Shown in pieces: positions 1-13,592 of a stretch of 64,000 nt of DNA. The DNA is from Lama guanicoe (taxonomy: Eukaryota). The stretch spans positions 13,501,950 through 13,565,949 of the forward strand of contig MU054323.1 of assembly GCA_013239625.1 (NCBI GenBank), read 5' to 3'. The notes below the pieces were generated by a model. That model ran no database searches. It had not been told where the DNA came from and worked only from the letters and a program-made list of their open reading frames with translations. Position 1 is the stretch's first letter. Each line of letters starts with the position of its first letter. Made by a program: the position numbers and the translations under genes.

Positions 1-91
1 TAGGCATTTGAGAAGTGAGTATGTGATTGCCAAGCAGACATACTGTGGGGAGGAGAGACATTCTAAAAAAAGAAACAATATAGGCAAATCA

Positions 92-254
92 TGTCTTAGT
101 CGGTTCAGACTGCTTTAACAATAGTGCCATAAACTGGGTGGCTTAAACAACAAACCACCCTCATGAGTTAATTATCTTCCAAAGACCCCCCCCGATTGGG
201 GATTGGGGTTTCAACATAGGAATTTGAGGGGACTCAAACATTCAGTCCATATCA
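92..254. mobile_element. MLT1-type (ERVL-MaLR) LTR fragment, internally deleted
   Basis: tgtcttagtc...actgggtggcttaaacaacaaa...tttcaacataggaattt...cattcagtccata MLT1 hallmarks. Confidence 0.7.
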
Positions 255-814
255 CATGGGCACTATGAAAAAGAAGTTCATTTTACAGTAATAGAACATG
301 CTTTGGGTAAAGCAGAGGTGAGTAAAGAGGAGTGAGGGTGTGGGTGGGCAGAATCAGGGCCATTCATTAAAGGCTTTGTATGCCAAGCAAGGACTTTAGA
401 TTGAGCCAATTGGGAATGGTAGAAGGACTTTAAATAAAGGGGTTATGTGATCAATCTGATAATTTGGGAAGACTGATTTGGCACTAATGGAGAGGAGAGA
501 TAAACAAGAAGTGAGAGCCAGTCTAGAAGCCTGACAAGTAAGCATCGCAGTGGCCCAGGGGAAAGTAATGACATCTTGAACCCAGGAGTGGCAATGGAGA
601 GGGAAAGAAGCGAAGGTATATGCTCACACACCTCACATTCAATCAGGAGGTAGATGATCAGACTCGGACATGGAGGGATGATGAAGGAAGGTGCTAGGAA
701 ATCTAGGGTGAGTCCCAAGTTTCTGGCATGGAATATTGGGAGGCAGTTTGAGCCATAAATCGAGGAAGAAAATATAGGAGATATAGTAGTTTAGGAAAGT
801 GAAGACAACATATT

Positions 815-1465
815 TTTTAATTAATTAAAAAATCAATAGAGATATAACTCGTATACCATTAGAATCTACTTTTTTTAAGAGTAGAGGTCAGTGATTTTTA
901 GTGTATTCACAAGGTTGTGCAATTACCACAGTCAAATTCCAGACCATCTTCATCACCCTCAAAAAGAAACCCTGAACTCTTTGTAGTCACTCCCTAGTCC
1001 TCCTTTCCCTCAGCCCCTGGCAACTGCTAGTTTACTATCTGTCTCTACCTATTGGATTTACCTATTCCAGACATTTCATATAAGTGGAATTTACAATATA
1101 TAGCCTTTTTTGTGTCTGGCTTCTTTTACTTAATGATTAGGTTTATCCTTATTATAGCATGTATCAATGTCTTTTCTTTTTATGGCTAAATAATATTCCA
1201 CTGTATAGATACACCTCATTTTGTTTTTCCATTCACCAGTTCACGGACATCTGGGTTGTTTCCACTTTTGAACTATTCTGAATAATACTGAAATGAGTAT
1301 TTGTGTACAAGTGTTTTGTGGACACTAAGTTTTCAGTTCTCTTGGGTGTATACGCAGGAGTGAATTTGCTTGACCATCTGGTAACTCGATGTTTATGTCT
1401 TTGAGGAACTACCAAACTGTTTTCCAAAGTGGCTGTCTCATTTTACATTTCCACTAGCAATGTAT
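815..1465 (-). mobile_element. L1 (L1MB/L1M-type) 3' end
   Basis: Antisense L1 3'UTR/ORF2-end motifs (gtgtattcacaaggttgtgcaa, tatggctaaataatattcc, ccaaactgttttccaaagtggctg). Confidence 0.85.
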
Positions 1466-4400
1466 GCTAGTAAGATATGAAAACTTACTCAAAAGTTAAG
1501 TAAAACCTGCCCAAAGTCATTCATTAGTAAGGAGCAGAGCTAGGGTGTGATCTCAAGCCTGCCTCTCTTCAGAGCCCACTCTGCCCTCTACTATGCACCA
1601 CACTGGTGTCACCAACACAGAGGTGGTGGGTGAAGCTGTGGTTGTGGATGAGCTTACACTGAGCATTTGAAGCAAAAGAAAAAGGCCAGGTATGGAGACC
1701 TGCAAACCTGTATGTCAGACTGGGAATGTGTGACCAGAGGCATAGGAGGAAAATCAGGGAAGAGAAGGTGCTAGGAACACCATCCGAGGGGAGAATTTTA
1801 GGGAGGGTGGGGTCAAGGGGTAGCATGTGGCATAACTTCTGCCAGAACCCGGTTACCTCTACTGGAGTAGTTTTGGAGAGGTGTGGGGGTGGGAAGTGGA
1901 GGGAGAACTGATTTGGGTGGTCTGAAGAGGGGATAAAATCGAGCCAGCAAATTTTATTTGACCGTGAAGGTTGGAGAGACAGGCAAGATGGCCAAAAGAC
2001 GGCTAGTGTTTGCTGTTTGTTTTTGTTTGGGGCCAGAAATGACACCTCATGTTTACCTTAACTGCTAACACTTTAGTTCCAATTCATCAATTCCTCTGTT
2101 CTTTTATAACCGTACCAACAAAATTCTTATTCCCATTCCTTTGCCTCCTCTAACTTCGTAACAGTGACTTTGTGAGAAGTTATCTTTCTCTCCCTTTTTC
2201 TTCCTCTCCTCCTCTGTCTCTCTCAATCTAAAAATACCCATCAGTTTCATGTTTCTAGGAGTTACACAATTTCTGAAGGCTAGTTTGGCATATAAGGAAC
2301 GAGTGGTATCAACTGCTAAACTTCTTGAGAATTCCAAAAGTTATTTGTAGCATTTTTGACAGATCCCCACCAACCTCCTTGTCCTCCATGTGTAAATCTA
2401 CTAGCAATCCATTTATAATATTGTTCCAGTGGGGAAATATATTCCTATATAAGGACTTTTCAAATATAATTTGGAACATTTCGTAATTTTAGGACTTCCT
2501 TTTTTCTCATGTTTTATGCTCTTAAAACCTTCGCAAATGAATTTTTTGTTGTTCTGATAAGAATGGCAGAGTAATATTATTTTTCTCATGTTAAGGATGA
2601 TGAAAGTGAACCTTAGAGAAGTTAAGTGGGACTGAAGATACTTCTGAAATGTTCTAGTTACTTATGTTTTCTCTTTTGTTGGTATGTACTGTGATTTCAG
2701 GAGTAAGGCGAAATTAGCTAAGGTCTTACATAGGACCAAGCGAAACGTCACCACTTCTTGAGATTTGTTTTCCGTTTAGAGAAAGGAAGAAACGTTTGCT
2801 GTAGGAGAAAAATCTGAAATAAAAGAGAATGAGAGAGTCAGTAAGGAGAGTCTTCTAATTATGGGCTTCATTCAAGCTGTGTGAATTTAATTGAGAATAC
2901 AGAAATAATTAAAAATACATTTTGGGGAGGTTACTATATTTTACTTTTAATTGGCTCCAATAAAAAGTGTAGCTCCAAACCCCTGATTCAGAAGTAATTT
3001 CAAACTGAGACTTTACTATCCCATAAAAGAATGCTATAAACATACTACACTTTCACCTGAAAAAGAGAAATTCATATTACATCTTCAAGTAGATCTGTAT
3101 CTGTGTATACAAAAATTAGCATCAAAATGGTTTAAGGGACTCAGTTTTTAAAGCTTATCAATGTCAGTGGTGAAATTGGGGAAAATAAAATAAATAATAA
3201 GAATGATGATGCTAAAGCATTGTACAGTCCCTATCTTTTTGTAGTACATTTATTTACTTATGCCTTTCTTTAATTCCAAAACTGTTCAGAACTCAGTGCA
3301 TACCTACCTGACCCCAATCATTTCACTCTCACCAGCTCTTATTCTAAATATTGTCTTATGTGTGTTCTTATTCTTTTTTATGTGATGATGAGTTTTGATA
3401 GCAGGTTGGAGATATCTGTCCCTTGTGCAGTTCTGAAATCATGCTCAGGTATTTCCAGCCACTTTGCCGTCTGACACCACTGAATTTAGCTGGTATTCTG
3501 TTTTAGTTTTGTGATAATAAAACTTAATACTCTTGGGTATATCCTCCTTCTGGAAGCCTTCCTAGATCTCTTAGGTTGAATTTGGTCCAGTTCCTACGCT
3601 CCTACGTCTTGAGCATGCATCTCTGACACTGGACTTAACAGGCTTATTATTTTATAATAACTGGTTTGTACTCTGCTTCCACACAGGGATGTGAGTCCCT
3701 GTGAACAGCTCTTTACATCTTCAGCCTGTAACACAGTGCTTAACTTTTAATGGGTATTCAATAATCATTGGCTTTTTTGCTCAGCCAAATAGTGCCTTTC
3801 TCTGAGAGAATGGGGATACTTCTGAAGGCAATCTTTCGTTATATTAGTGCTTCTTGCTGCATTCTTGTATAGCAACTTAGAACGCAGGCTTTGAAATCCT
3901 ATTCCAGAACCTTCGTAGACAGGCAGCTTCACCCCCAGCTCGAAGTGGTGGTAGGTGAGAGACAGATTTTGTCCTCTAGGCTGTATCCTCTGTTCATGTT
4001 CTCTTGCTTCTTAGAGGTTTTCTGTGTAGTGTCTTCATTCCCATGGAGCCTCCTTTGTGTAGGCTCTATCCCCTAAGATTGTCTTCTGGCTTCAGAGTCT
4101 TACTTAACCCATGCCAGTTATTGAAAATGTCCTCCCCATGGTGGGTACACAGGCATGAGTGTGTTAGTGCTTGTATCAAGTACTAAGTGGAAGTCAATAA
4201 CCAGCTCAGAGCTCACCTCACAAGGTGTCCTTGCATTTTTGGTAACAATTAAATAGCAAAGTTTAGCTGTGTTTTATTCATTACTGGATTTCTGGAGTGG
4301 GGCCTGACCTTCCAGAGCTCATTGGGTAAAGCACTCAGCACAATGACTGGCGCAGGAGCGCTCAAAAAGATGACTTCCTCCTCCTCTTCTTCCTCTTCCT

Positions 4401-6719
4401 AATTCTCCTCCTTCTCCTGTATCATCATCATCACTATCATCATCAAACTCACTCTGAAATAAATGAACAATCAAAGGGTGAGGAAATGTGACCTTATTTC
4501 AAGGGATTTGGAACCAGGTCCTTCCAAGTATTAGTGCCACAGACAGAATAGTTATGAATATAATATTGGCATCTTCAAGAGAAGAAAATATTGATATTTA
4601 AAACAAAACTATTTTCCTGAAGTTTAAAATTTTAATTAAATTTAATGAGTTAAACATTTCCTAGTTCTGGGCCTTATTTTGGGGATATTATTTACAATTT
4701 GAACACTGGAGTTGCCATAGTAGGTCATAACCTTTCTGTGTAGTTGAATGTGTCCATCTAGAAACCTTCTGATTGCAAATGTCTTATGTAAGTAAGTTCT
4801 CTTCTGTGTTCAGCCCCAGCCAAATGCTAGGAAAACACCTCCTTTGTTGGACTTTAGAATTTCATTTTATTTATTACTAGAGCTTCTTCAAAACTCATTT
4901 CTCATTCAATTCATGTCAGGTAGCCATAAATATGTTTGTTTGGTTGTCAATACTAAATGCTGTTAACCAAGAAAAAATAAATAAAATGCAGTTTTATCTT
5001 GTTACCTAATTGTTACTGAAAAATGCAACAAGGCCTTGTGAGATGAGCTCTGAGCTGGTTATTGACTTGTTGTTCAGTGTTTGGTACCAGTGAGTCCCTG
5101 AATTGTCAAGCTTGCTGTAATAATAATGGTTATTCATTTTTCAGACAATAGGGCCAGTGATAGAATGCTTAGAATCTAAGCACAGGGAATAGTAAACATT
5201 TGTTCCAGACAATACCTAGAAATTTATCTAATAGGAAAGATATAACAACAGCTAACATGTGTCTGGGTAGTGGAAAAATACATAAATTTTTGGAGTCAGA
5301 TGGACCTAGCTTTGCAACATAACTAGTAATATGATATGGATAAGAAGTTTAACCTCTCCAGGTCTCAATTTCTTCCTCTATGAAATGGGGAGAATAATAC
5401 TTAGCTTTCAGGGTTATAAGATTTAAACATAATATAGATAATTTCCCCAACAATATGTCTATCACATATGCCAACAATTATTTCTAGAGGCTATTATTAT
5501 TTTGTTTTCTAAAATTCAGAACAATGTTGATTATTAACGCTCCATTAGTAAAAGAGCTTTTTTTTTGTAGGAAAAAATAAACAAACAATAACAAATACAA
5601 ATTTAAAGCCCAGGAAAACCTCATTGTGAGATTAAATAAACCCATCTAAGCCAGGAATGAAAAAAAAAACTACCTTTAGAACTGAGAAATACAGTATTAT
5701 CCATGGCTATTCCCTCTAATCAGTCTTAAATAAACTTCAGGGATATTGCTCCACTATCCATAAATGTGGGATACTTTCTTCTATGGGTCATTATCACAGT
5801 CCGTTTGAGGTGTCTTAACTTTGCTATAAGCATTGGACTCATTTTCTAAGTTCATACTATCCCAGTTGGTTTGTGATAGAATCAATTTTGACAGTACTGG
5901 CAATGAGACTATGACGGAGGACTCTGGCAAATGTAACTGATTGGAGAAGATAAATTCAAAGAACTGAGAGGTGATATTGAAGGAAATGAGAAGGAAAATT
6001 AAAAATCAAACAAGACCAACACAGAAATAACTAAAGAATGCCAAATGTGAATAGTGAACTGAGAAAAAAAAGCAATATATCTTGTGATTTGTGAACTTTT
6101 TAAAAATAATTAAAAAATGAGGGCATTGGAGATTGTGCATAGTGGGTCAGAGCTACAGAAATCCTGGCTAGGAGGGTAGAGAACATGGGAATAGTGGCTG
6201 AGGCTGAAGTTGCCGGAAAGAAATATCCCAGAGCAAGTCAAAAGGGTGGGAGGTAAATTATTTCTTTATTATAATTTCACTTCCAATCATGTCTGTCTTT
6301 CTTTTCTCCATTTCAAGCAAAGCTAAGTGAAATTGGAGCAGGGATCCATGCCATCATGAGGAAACCACCAAGCCAATGCCAGCCATGATTTAGCTCTGAG
6401 GTTCATAATTATGAAAACTTATGTGACTAGACTATAACAGCAGAAACTCAGAATTGCCTGCTCCAGACAAAAGAAAGTTACCATATAACTTGTTCCAGAA
6501 AAGTTACCTTAAATAATTTTAGAAACATGACACAAGTGAGTGATCTCACCCAAGGAACAAGGAACACTAAACTTTCTCTCAAAACAAATCAGCCTTCTAC
6601 TCTGGATGGAAATAATCCCAATGCTTCTGGTTTCTTTCTTCTGCTCTACACAGTATATTTTGTATATTTTCTCCTCTTGATAAACCTCAGACATGTCTCC
6701 ATGAGACCTTCCAGGGAAT

Positions 6720-7900
6720 GACCTTGTCTCCTTCTTAGAGTAAATAGAAGTCACCACACAGGAACTTTCTTGACTTCCTGTTATCAAAAGGACATATACT
6801 CCTGTATCTGTACCCATTTTTTCCCCCTTTCCTGCTGTTACATTGAAAGAGGTGAGCCTCTGCTTTATCAAAGTAAATCTCTCCACTGTGCATAGTCCAT
6901 CATTCTTGTCTTTCCAGAGCCTTTGCTATGTAAATTCTCTTTTCGTGCCCCTTAAATTTCACCTTCCACTAATTCTTAGCAATTAAACGTGATTGGGCAA
7001 CTCAGGAGTCTGTAACAGATATCCAGAAACTAACTCAACATTCTCCTTAAGATATCTCAGGAATCCCTAACTCAAAATGTCCAAAAGTGAGTTAATCATT
7101 TGCCCCTCCTACTTCCTACTCTTTCCCTCTTCCTTCAATTTCCCAATCTCAGGGGGAATGGCTCCGTAACTCAACCAAATATCTAGCTGGAAATCTGGAA
7201 ATTATCCTTGGTTTCTCCTTTCTGCTCATTCCCCAAAGTCATCTGACCAGCAAATCTTGCTGAATCTATCCTCAAAAAATATTCTGTAACCAACCACTTT
7301 TCTCCATCTCCATTGCCACTCATTGGTTCAGATAGCTATTTTCTCTTGCCTGGATGGTTATAATTGGCTACCAACTGACTTCCCCATCATTAGTGTAGGT
7401 CTTTACTAATCTTTTCTCCATACTACAGCTGGAGGGATCTTTTAAAAGTCCACATTTGATCATGCCACTCCCTTACTCACCGTTAAAACAATGGTTTCTT
7501 ATTGCCCTTTCTAATAAAGTCCCTACTCCTTAATATAGCTTGCAGGACTGTTCACGAGCTACTCCTAACGACTTTTTAGTGTCATCTCTTTCCCCATTCA
7601 GTACTTCAGTCATTCTAAATGTCTTTTAACTTCTCTTAATTGCCATCTTCCCACACATTCTTTGCCTAGCTAAAACTCCTCTGGCTCCTAGACTATATTA
7701 GTGCCCTGCTACCTTCATAGGATAGTTTACTGTAATTATTTGTTTAATTCTTTGCTAGAGTATAAGAGCAAGAACTGTGTCTGCCTTGCTCACCAGTTTA
7801 TCCTGTCTGCTTGCCTCCAGCCTCCTCTATCAGCCATTCTAGTACCTTGCGTGGTATCTGGCATCTAATAGATGCTCAGTAATTATTTGTCAAAAAATTA
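6720..7900 (+). mobile_element. Ancient L2 LINE fragments
   Basis: Pyrimidine-rich L2-like motifs (ctcaaaatgtccaaa, tcttgcctggat, gatcatgccactccc, tggcatctaatagatgctcagtaatt); boundaries approximate. Confidence 0.65.
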
Positions 7901-9749
7901 ATTATCTTTCATAGTTGTATTATTTCTCTTACTGAGAAACTCAATAATCTCCTGTGGAGTCTCAGAGAATATAATCACAGCACTTTTAAAATCTCATGTC
8001 TGTGGTGAAGAAGAAAGATTAATTAAGCTTGAATGTTGCCAGAACAACAAATGCTATGGCACATCCATTGTTAATCCTTAAGGCTTCAAGGTTTGTAATA
8101 ATTACCACTCATCTTAACAGAGGATTTAGGCATCTGGAGAAACATCCTTGTCTCCATATGAAGATCAAATGAGTGCAGGGACACACATATGGTTATTTAT
8201 ATATATGCCATTAGGAGGGAAGAGTCAAAGAGTTTTTGTCTGTTTTTTTCTTACAATAGAGGTAATGCTGTAGACAAGACTATCTTAAGAAGTTCTAATA
8301 TGGCCAATATCAGTTCACAAATATTTCTTGAATACTTACTAGATATAATATTTCACCTTATAAATTCTGTAATCCTAGAGCCAGGGGGAACCTTTACTGT
8401 TATTTTGGCGTATTTCCTAGACACTGTCTGGGAATTTAGTCTACAGCATCTCTGACAGGCATTACTTTACTTTGGCTTGAGCACTTTCAGGAATGGGATT
8501 CCACTGCCGGTGAGGCCACCTGTCCCACTGCTAGATGCCCTAGTGTCACAGTATACTTTTCTCCTATTTCCTTCTCCCTTGTCTAAACAAACATCTCTCT
8601 TCCTGTCACATCTAAACGTTGATCCTCTACTTCACCTTATGTCCTCAACTTAAAAGCCTGTAAATACTGGGAGGGAACAGGAAGTGTGGACAAAGGGAGA
8701 CACGTCTTCCCGGCGTGTTTTGCAGGAGAGACGGTGGGTACATTTTATGTTACCTCACCAGCTCCTTAAACAATCTAGCAAAGTAAGCAGTGTTAATGGC
8801 ATTTTCCTTAGAGTAGTAATGGGGTTTTACTCAAAGTAGTAAAACTTTCCCCATTTGTCTATCTAATGTTGAAATCCAATTTGTAAAAACTCTAAAGGTT
8901 CTGAGTTAAGAGCCTGGGTGCTAATTAAGATCTGTTCATGTACAGTTACATGGAATTGGCTCCTTTTCCCTATTGCCAAAATTGAGAGCAGAGTTCTTAT
9001 TGTCTTAGACAACTTCACAAGGATTTTTTGAAGACAGAGTCTCTGCCAGTCATGTTAATGAAAGTCTTTTTGCTGCATGAACACATCATGGCCTTTGGAA
9101 ATCACACCCAACAGAACTCTATTGCCTTTTTGAAGTGAGACCTTCTCTCTTAGGAATAATTCAAGCCCTAGGGGAATTTCAGCTTATTGTGTCCTTATCA
9201 GACTTGTGAGAAAATGTTTATGCTGAGGAGCAATAATTTTCACTGCAGCCAGAGAGTATCTATCAACACAAAAGCAAGTCCTAAGCATCAGGAGACTAAA
9301 CAACCTGGGCTAAAATAACATTGACCTTCACGTTGAGACAGTTGGGAGTGATTTAGGGTCAGAGTTTGATGATCACCACAACAAACTCTTTTAGAGATTT
9401 ACTAACATTCCAAAGTCAGTGTTTGGAAATTCTTAATGAGAAATTCACTGATAGAATATTTGGGCTACAATAGTATTTTACACTATGTGTATAAATTTTG
9501 GTTTTGTCACATTTGTAGGTTTTTCACAGATCAAATTTTTTTAATGATTTGATTTTTAAAATAGCATGACACCAAATAACTGTTTTGAATGTATTCTCTT
9601 TTTGATTAACTTTGTGAGTAACATTTAGACAAAAATCTCAAAAAACACTTATAACTCAAGGTTTTTGGAAATGCTTGAACACAATGTGGATTATTTGGCG
9701 TTTCTATTATTTAACTCTGTCTGGGGATTTCTTTCTGTTTTTTAATCAG

Positions 9750-9887
9750 GTTCTCCAAAGGACTTATTCGAGTTGGGTAAACCAGTTCAGCAGACTGCAT
9801 CTCCGATGCTTTTTCCAATGATGATAACTGCCCTTAAAATTCTTTCAGACCTGGATATCTATCTATGTGAGGCCAATAAGTATTTTG
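9750..9887 (+). other. RASGRP3: Probable 5'UTR (non-coding) exon of RASGRP3, 138 nt
   Basis: Acceptor tttctttctgttttttaatcAG|G at 9749/9750 and donor TTG|GTAAGT at 9887/9888; non-repeat sequence; no transcript evidence available. Confidence 0.7.
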
Positions 9888-10809
9888 GTAAGTATGTCTT
9901 AACTATTATAGATTACTGTATGTAAGAAATACACCAAAATAATAATGCCAGAAAAACTAAAAGTAACATGACATTATGTTAACAAGAGTTCTTTGTATGA
10001 TGAAATTTTAGGTAACTTTTTTTTCTTTCCTATTTCATTATTGTCTTACTTAAATGATAAATATATATTGCCTTTACAATAAGGAAGATTTACTTTTGAA
10101 AAAGCAGTTGTAGGCACAGTAATATCCACACATATGAAATGAGATCTCAGGTACATGTGCAGGTGACAGAATACTAAGCAGGGACACAGGCACATCTACT
10201 AATTGCAGAAACAGACTGTAACCAGATAGCCTGGCCCACCTGGCTCTCACGTACTGGCTTCTTTGCAGATCACAAATATAACTCCAAACATGGTGACAGG
10301 TCTTTGGTACCAGATTATTTATAATCCCTTGTGGAAAGTCGACATCTTCCCCAGATGAGTTGAATAGTTTTGGTTTTAACCTAAAAACTAGTTTAGTTAA
10401 TCTAGGGTGTTTGGTTCTAAGTAATACATTTAATATTCAGTGACAAGAGTTAACAAGATAAAAAATGTCTGTTTAGGCATGAAGTAATCAAACTTGTCAG
10501 TTGTCCAGTGCTGACTTGTAATTGGTTTGACAGAATTTACATTAGGGAAATGAGAGAAATGCTGCCCCAAAATGTCCTGGAAGAGGTACCAAGTTCTTCT
10601 TATGACTAGAGTATATGCAGATCCTATCACATCTAGAAAGCTGGCAGAAAGTCTAGAAAACTTCTGTCCCAGCGATGTTTACTGAAAGCTGATTTAAATT
10701 AGTAAAACAAACTAAAAAACCACCTCTTAAAATTTATAGTATACATTCATACTATTATATATACATATTCAAAGAAAAACTTCTTACAATTTGTATTTTA
10801 TTCACTTCT

Positions 10810-11130
10810 TTATCCATCCATCCACTCATTCATTAATTTAGCAAATGCTTTCTCGAATATCTTCTATATAAGAGGCAAAATCTTAGGAGTTGGGGAGTAC
10901 ACCAGAGAACTAACAGAAAAATCCATGTGTTCATGGAGCTTACGTTTATAGTGCTAGAGAGATTAAAAAACAAATAGACAAGTAAAATATATAGTGTGTC
11001 AGATGGGGATAAGTGTTAGGAGGAAAAATAAATCCAGAAAGTGAGGTAGGCCATGCCAGTTGGGAGGTGGGTGTGGAGAGTGAGGTGCTGTTGTTTTAAA
11101 TTAGGGTGGTAGGGAAAGGCCTTACCAATA
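10810..11130 (-). mobile_element. L2 3' end fragment
   Basis: cattcattaatttagcaaatg...catggagcttacgttta L2 tail signature. Confidence 0.65.
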
Positions 11131-12755
11131 AGGTAACTTGGTTAAGTGATGTAAGTGTTGGTTCCAGACAACTTCAATAATCCTCTCTTTCACAAATCTT
11201 TTGAGCAACAGAAGTGGGACAGCACTGATCCAGTGTATCTGTTATTTTTATTGCATATGTGAAATAATCATTCTTTTCATGCTTTAAGAGTTTTGTATCT
11301 TCAGCACATGAATATTGCTCTTACACAGCAATAATACACAGTAAGCATGTTTTCACTAGAGTTATATAGCTGGTGAACAGACTCATTCAGATGCCAGTCT
11401 TTTAGTGGTACCATTAAACTAACACAGCCACACATGTGAACATTAGGTGTTTTTCTATTCATTCATGTGTTAACCTTCTCAAGTTGACTATGAGCTCATT
11501 GAAGGCAGGGATGAGACAATGCTATGTTCACCTTGGCAGCCTTAATGCCTCACCTAGTGCCTAGCAATTGTCAGGTGCTCCATGATTACTAGCTGAATAA
11601 ATAAACTTTGAGAGTAAAATAGACGTTGACTTTAGGTTCAAGAGATTCCCAATGGCCCACATATACCTACTGAACTGCCTAAAGTGGGTAACTGACTTAT
11701 ATCATGATGATTTCTCAATTTCTCTAAGCCTTATACAGAGCTGGCATTAAGGACTTACTCTGTAAAATAAAATGATGGTGTGTTTTCAACAGGGTTACTT
11801 TCTGTGTAAACAACTCTGAGAGGTTGTTTCTAATTCCATTTTCCCCGTGACAGTGCTATGAGATGAGACAGCTGTCATGCTCACGTTTTTCTTTTACCTC
11901 TGTGACAGATTCTCTGGTTCATGTCCTCTTTCTGAGATGGTGTGGAGTGATACTCTTCACACTAGATTAGGGGGCAAAATTATGACAGCTTATGTTAGCC
12001 ACACTTGGGAGAGCGATAAAAGGGAAAGAGGGAAACAAAAAACTTTATTTTATAATGGAGTCCTGATTCTAGTTCTTAATAGTTAATGTGGTTTTGGACC
12101 AGTTGCTGAATGTCTGTGAATTCCATGACCTTGTCTACAAACTGGGAATAATATTTACTCCCTCGCACTATTGTCAAGAAGGTCAAGTTGGATAATATAT
12201 ATATAGCATTTGTTATGGTGCCTGGCACAAAAGGTGGGTGTTTAATCGATTATTATTAATATTTTTACCACTACTACTAATAATATTACTATTAGAGAAG
12301 TTAGGTAAATAAGATTTTTTTCACCAGTTGTTGAACACTTATATGATCACTGAAGATAATGCTCATAAATATACTTGCACTTTAAAGTTTATCTCCCTTT
12401 ATGTATTTGTAATAATATTAACCCAAGTAATGTTTATAAAAATGTACTCTTGAATGTCTTTATCACTTAACTATATGAAGAGAGTGTAAGATGTTGTATC
12501 AAAAAAAAAATTCAGCTGCAAAATGGGATGGTATTTAATAGGGAATGTCTCCGTGTTCTCAGAGCACCAGATATGCGAAGGAACAGCTTAGCAGGCATTC
12601 TGCCATCATGGTGGTCGATGCAATCCCTGCCCCTCTGATACTTTTCTCACAGAAATGTAAAGTCAGTGGAAGTCATTATCTTTTCAGGTAGGAAAGTGAT
12701 GCTTTAATTGTTGGCAGAACTCTAGTCTGATAACCTTTTCCTCCTCTTTCTTTAG

Positions 12756-12877
12756 AGTCTTGAGACTCCAGGACAAAGCCCACCACTAGGCACAAACATC
12801 ACCAGCTTGCATGATTATGGAGATGGTCTGTCTGATGTTGAAAATGTCCCTAGTTTTTTGACAACGGCTAAACAACC
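12756..12877 (+). other. RASGRP3: 5'UTR portion of first coding exon
   Basis: Strong polypyrimidine acceptor ccttttcctcctctttctttAG ending 12755; leads to Kozak-good acaaccATGG at 12878. Confidence 0.8.
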
Positions 12878-12947
12878 ATGGGGTCAAGTGGACTTGGGAA
12901 AGCGGCAACATTAGATGAACTGCTGAGCACTTGCATTGAGATGTTTG
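12878..12947 (+). CDS. RASGRP3: RASGRP3 coding exon 1 (MGSSGLGKAATLDELLSTCIEMF; REM start)
   Basis: ORF track 12878; donor G|GTACGT; phase 1. Confidence 0.97.
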
Positions 12948-13592
12948 GTACGTGCCTTTTCTCCCTTTCGTACATGTTGATACTATTACTTTCCCCTTGT
13001 TCAGATGCAAGTGTTGCTGTGGAACAGAATTCAGTCTCCATACTTTGGTATTTAGGGCCTTACTGATTGACCCCAATCTGTCTCCCCATTAGCACTGCCT
13101 CTGCAATTCCTTCCCTGTAGTGCCCATAGCTAATACCCCAGCCATACTGTTCACTTGATGTTCCCAGAGCACTTCCTGCATCTTTCTACCTTCGTGCCTT
13201 GATCATTCTCCTTCACTGCAACTCTGCTTCAGGCTCATTTCAGAGGCCACCTCAGATGTCCATACCACCGTTCCCAGTCTCCCCTGTCAGGAGTGCTGAT
13301 TGCGTCCTCCACCACCCGATAGCCCTTTGACTTTCTCATGGTGCATGGTATATGCCACCGTGATCATTTCTTGGTCTTTTGGCTTAGATATCTATAAGTA
13401 GCACCATCTCCTGCATTCTCTATGTGTGTGTATGTCCTGTATCTCCTACTAGGCAATAGACTGTACAGCTATATGCTTTTTCATGTTGTTTATGTATCTA
13501 CCTCAGCATTTTGGATTATTCCTTGCACAAATAGAGTCACAAAGAAGTTGCTTGTTGAACTGTTGTTATAAGAAGAGTTAAACCAGATAGAG

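Noticed and set aside
2700..2830. Small CpG-containing patch with GAAA motifs as RASGRP3 promoter
   Set aside because: Not a CpG island, and no clear TSS elements or strong donor; insufficient evidence
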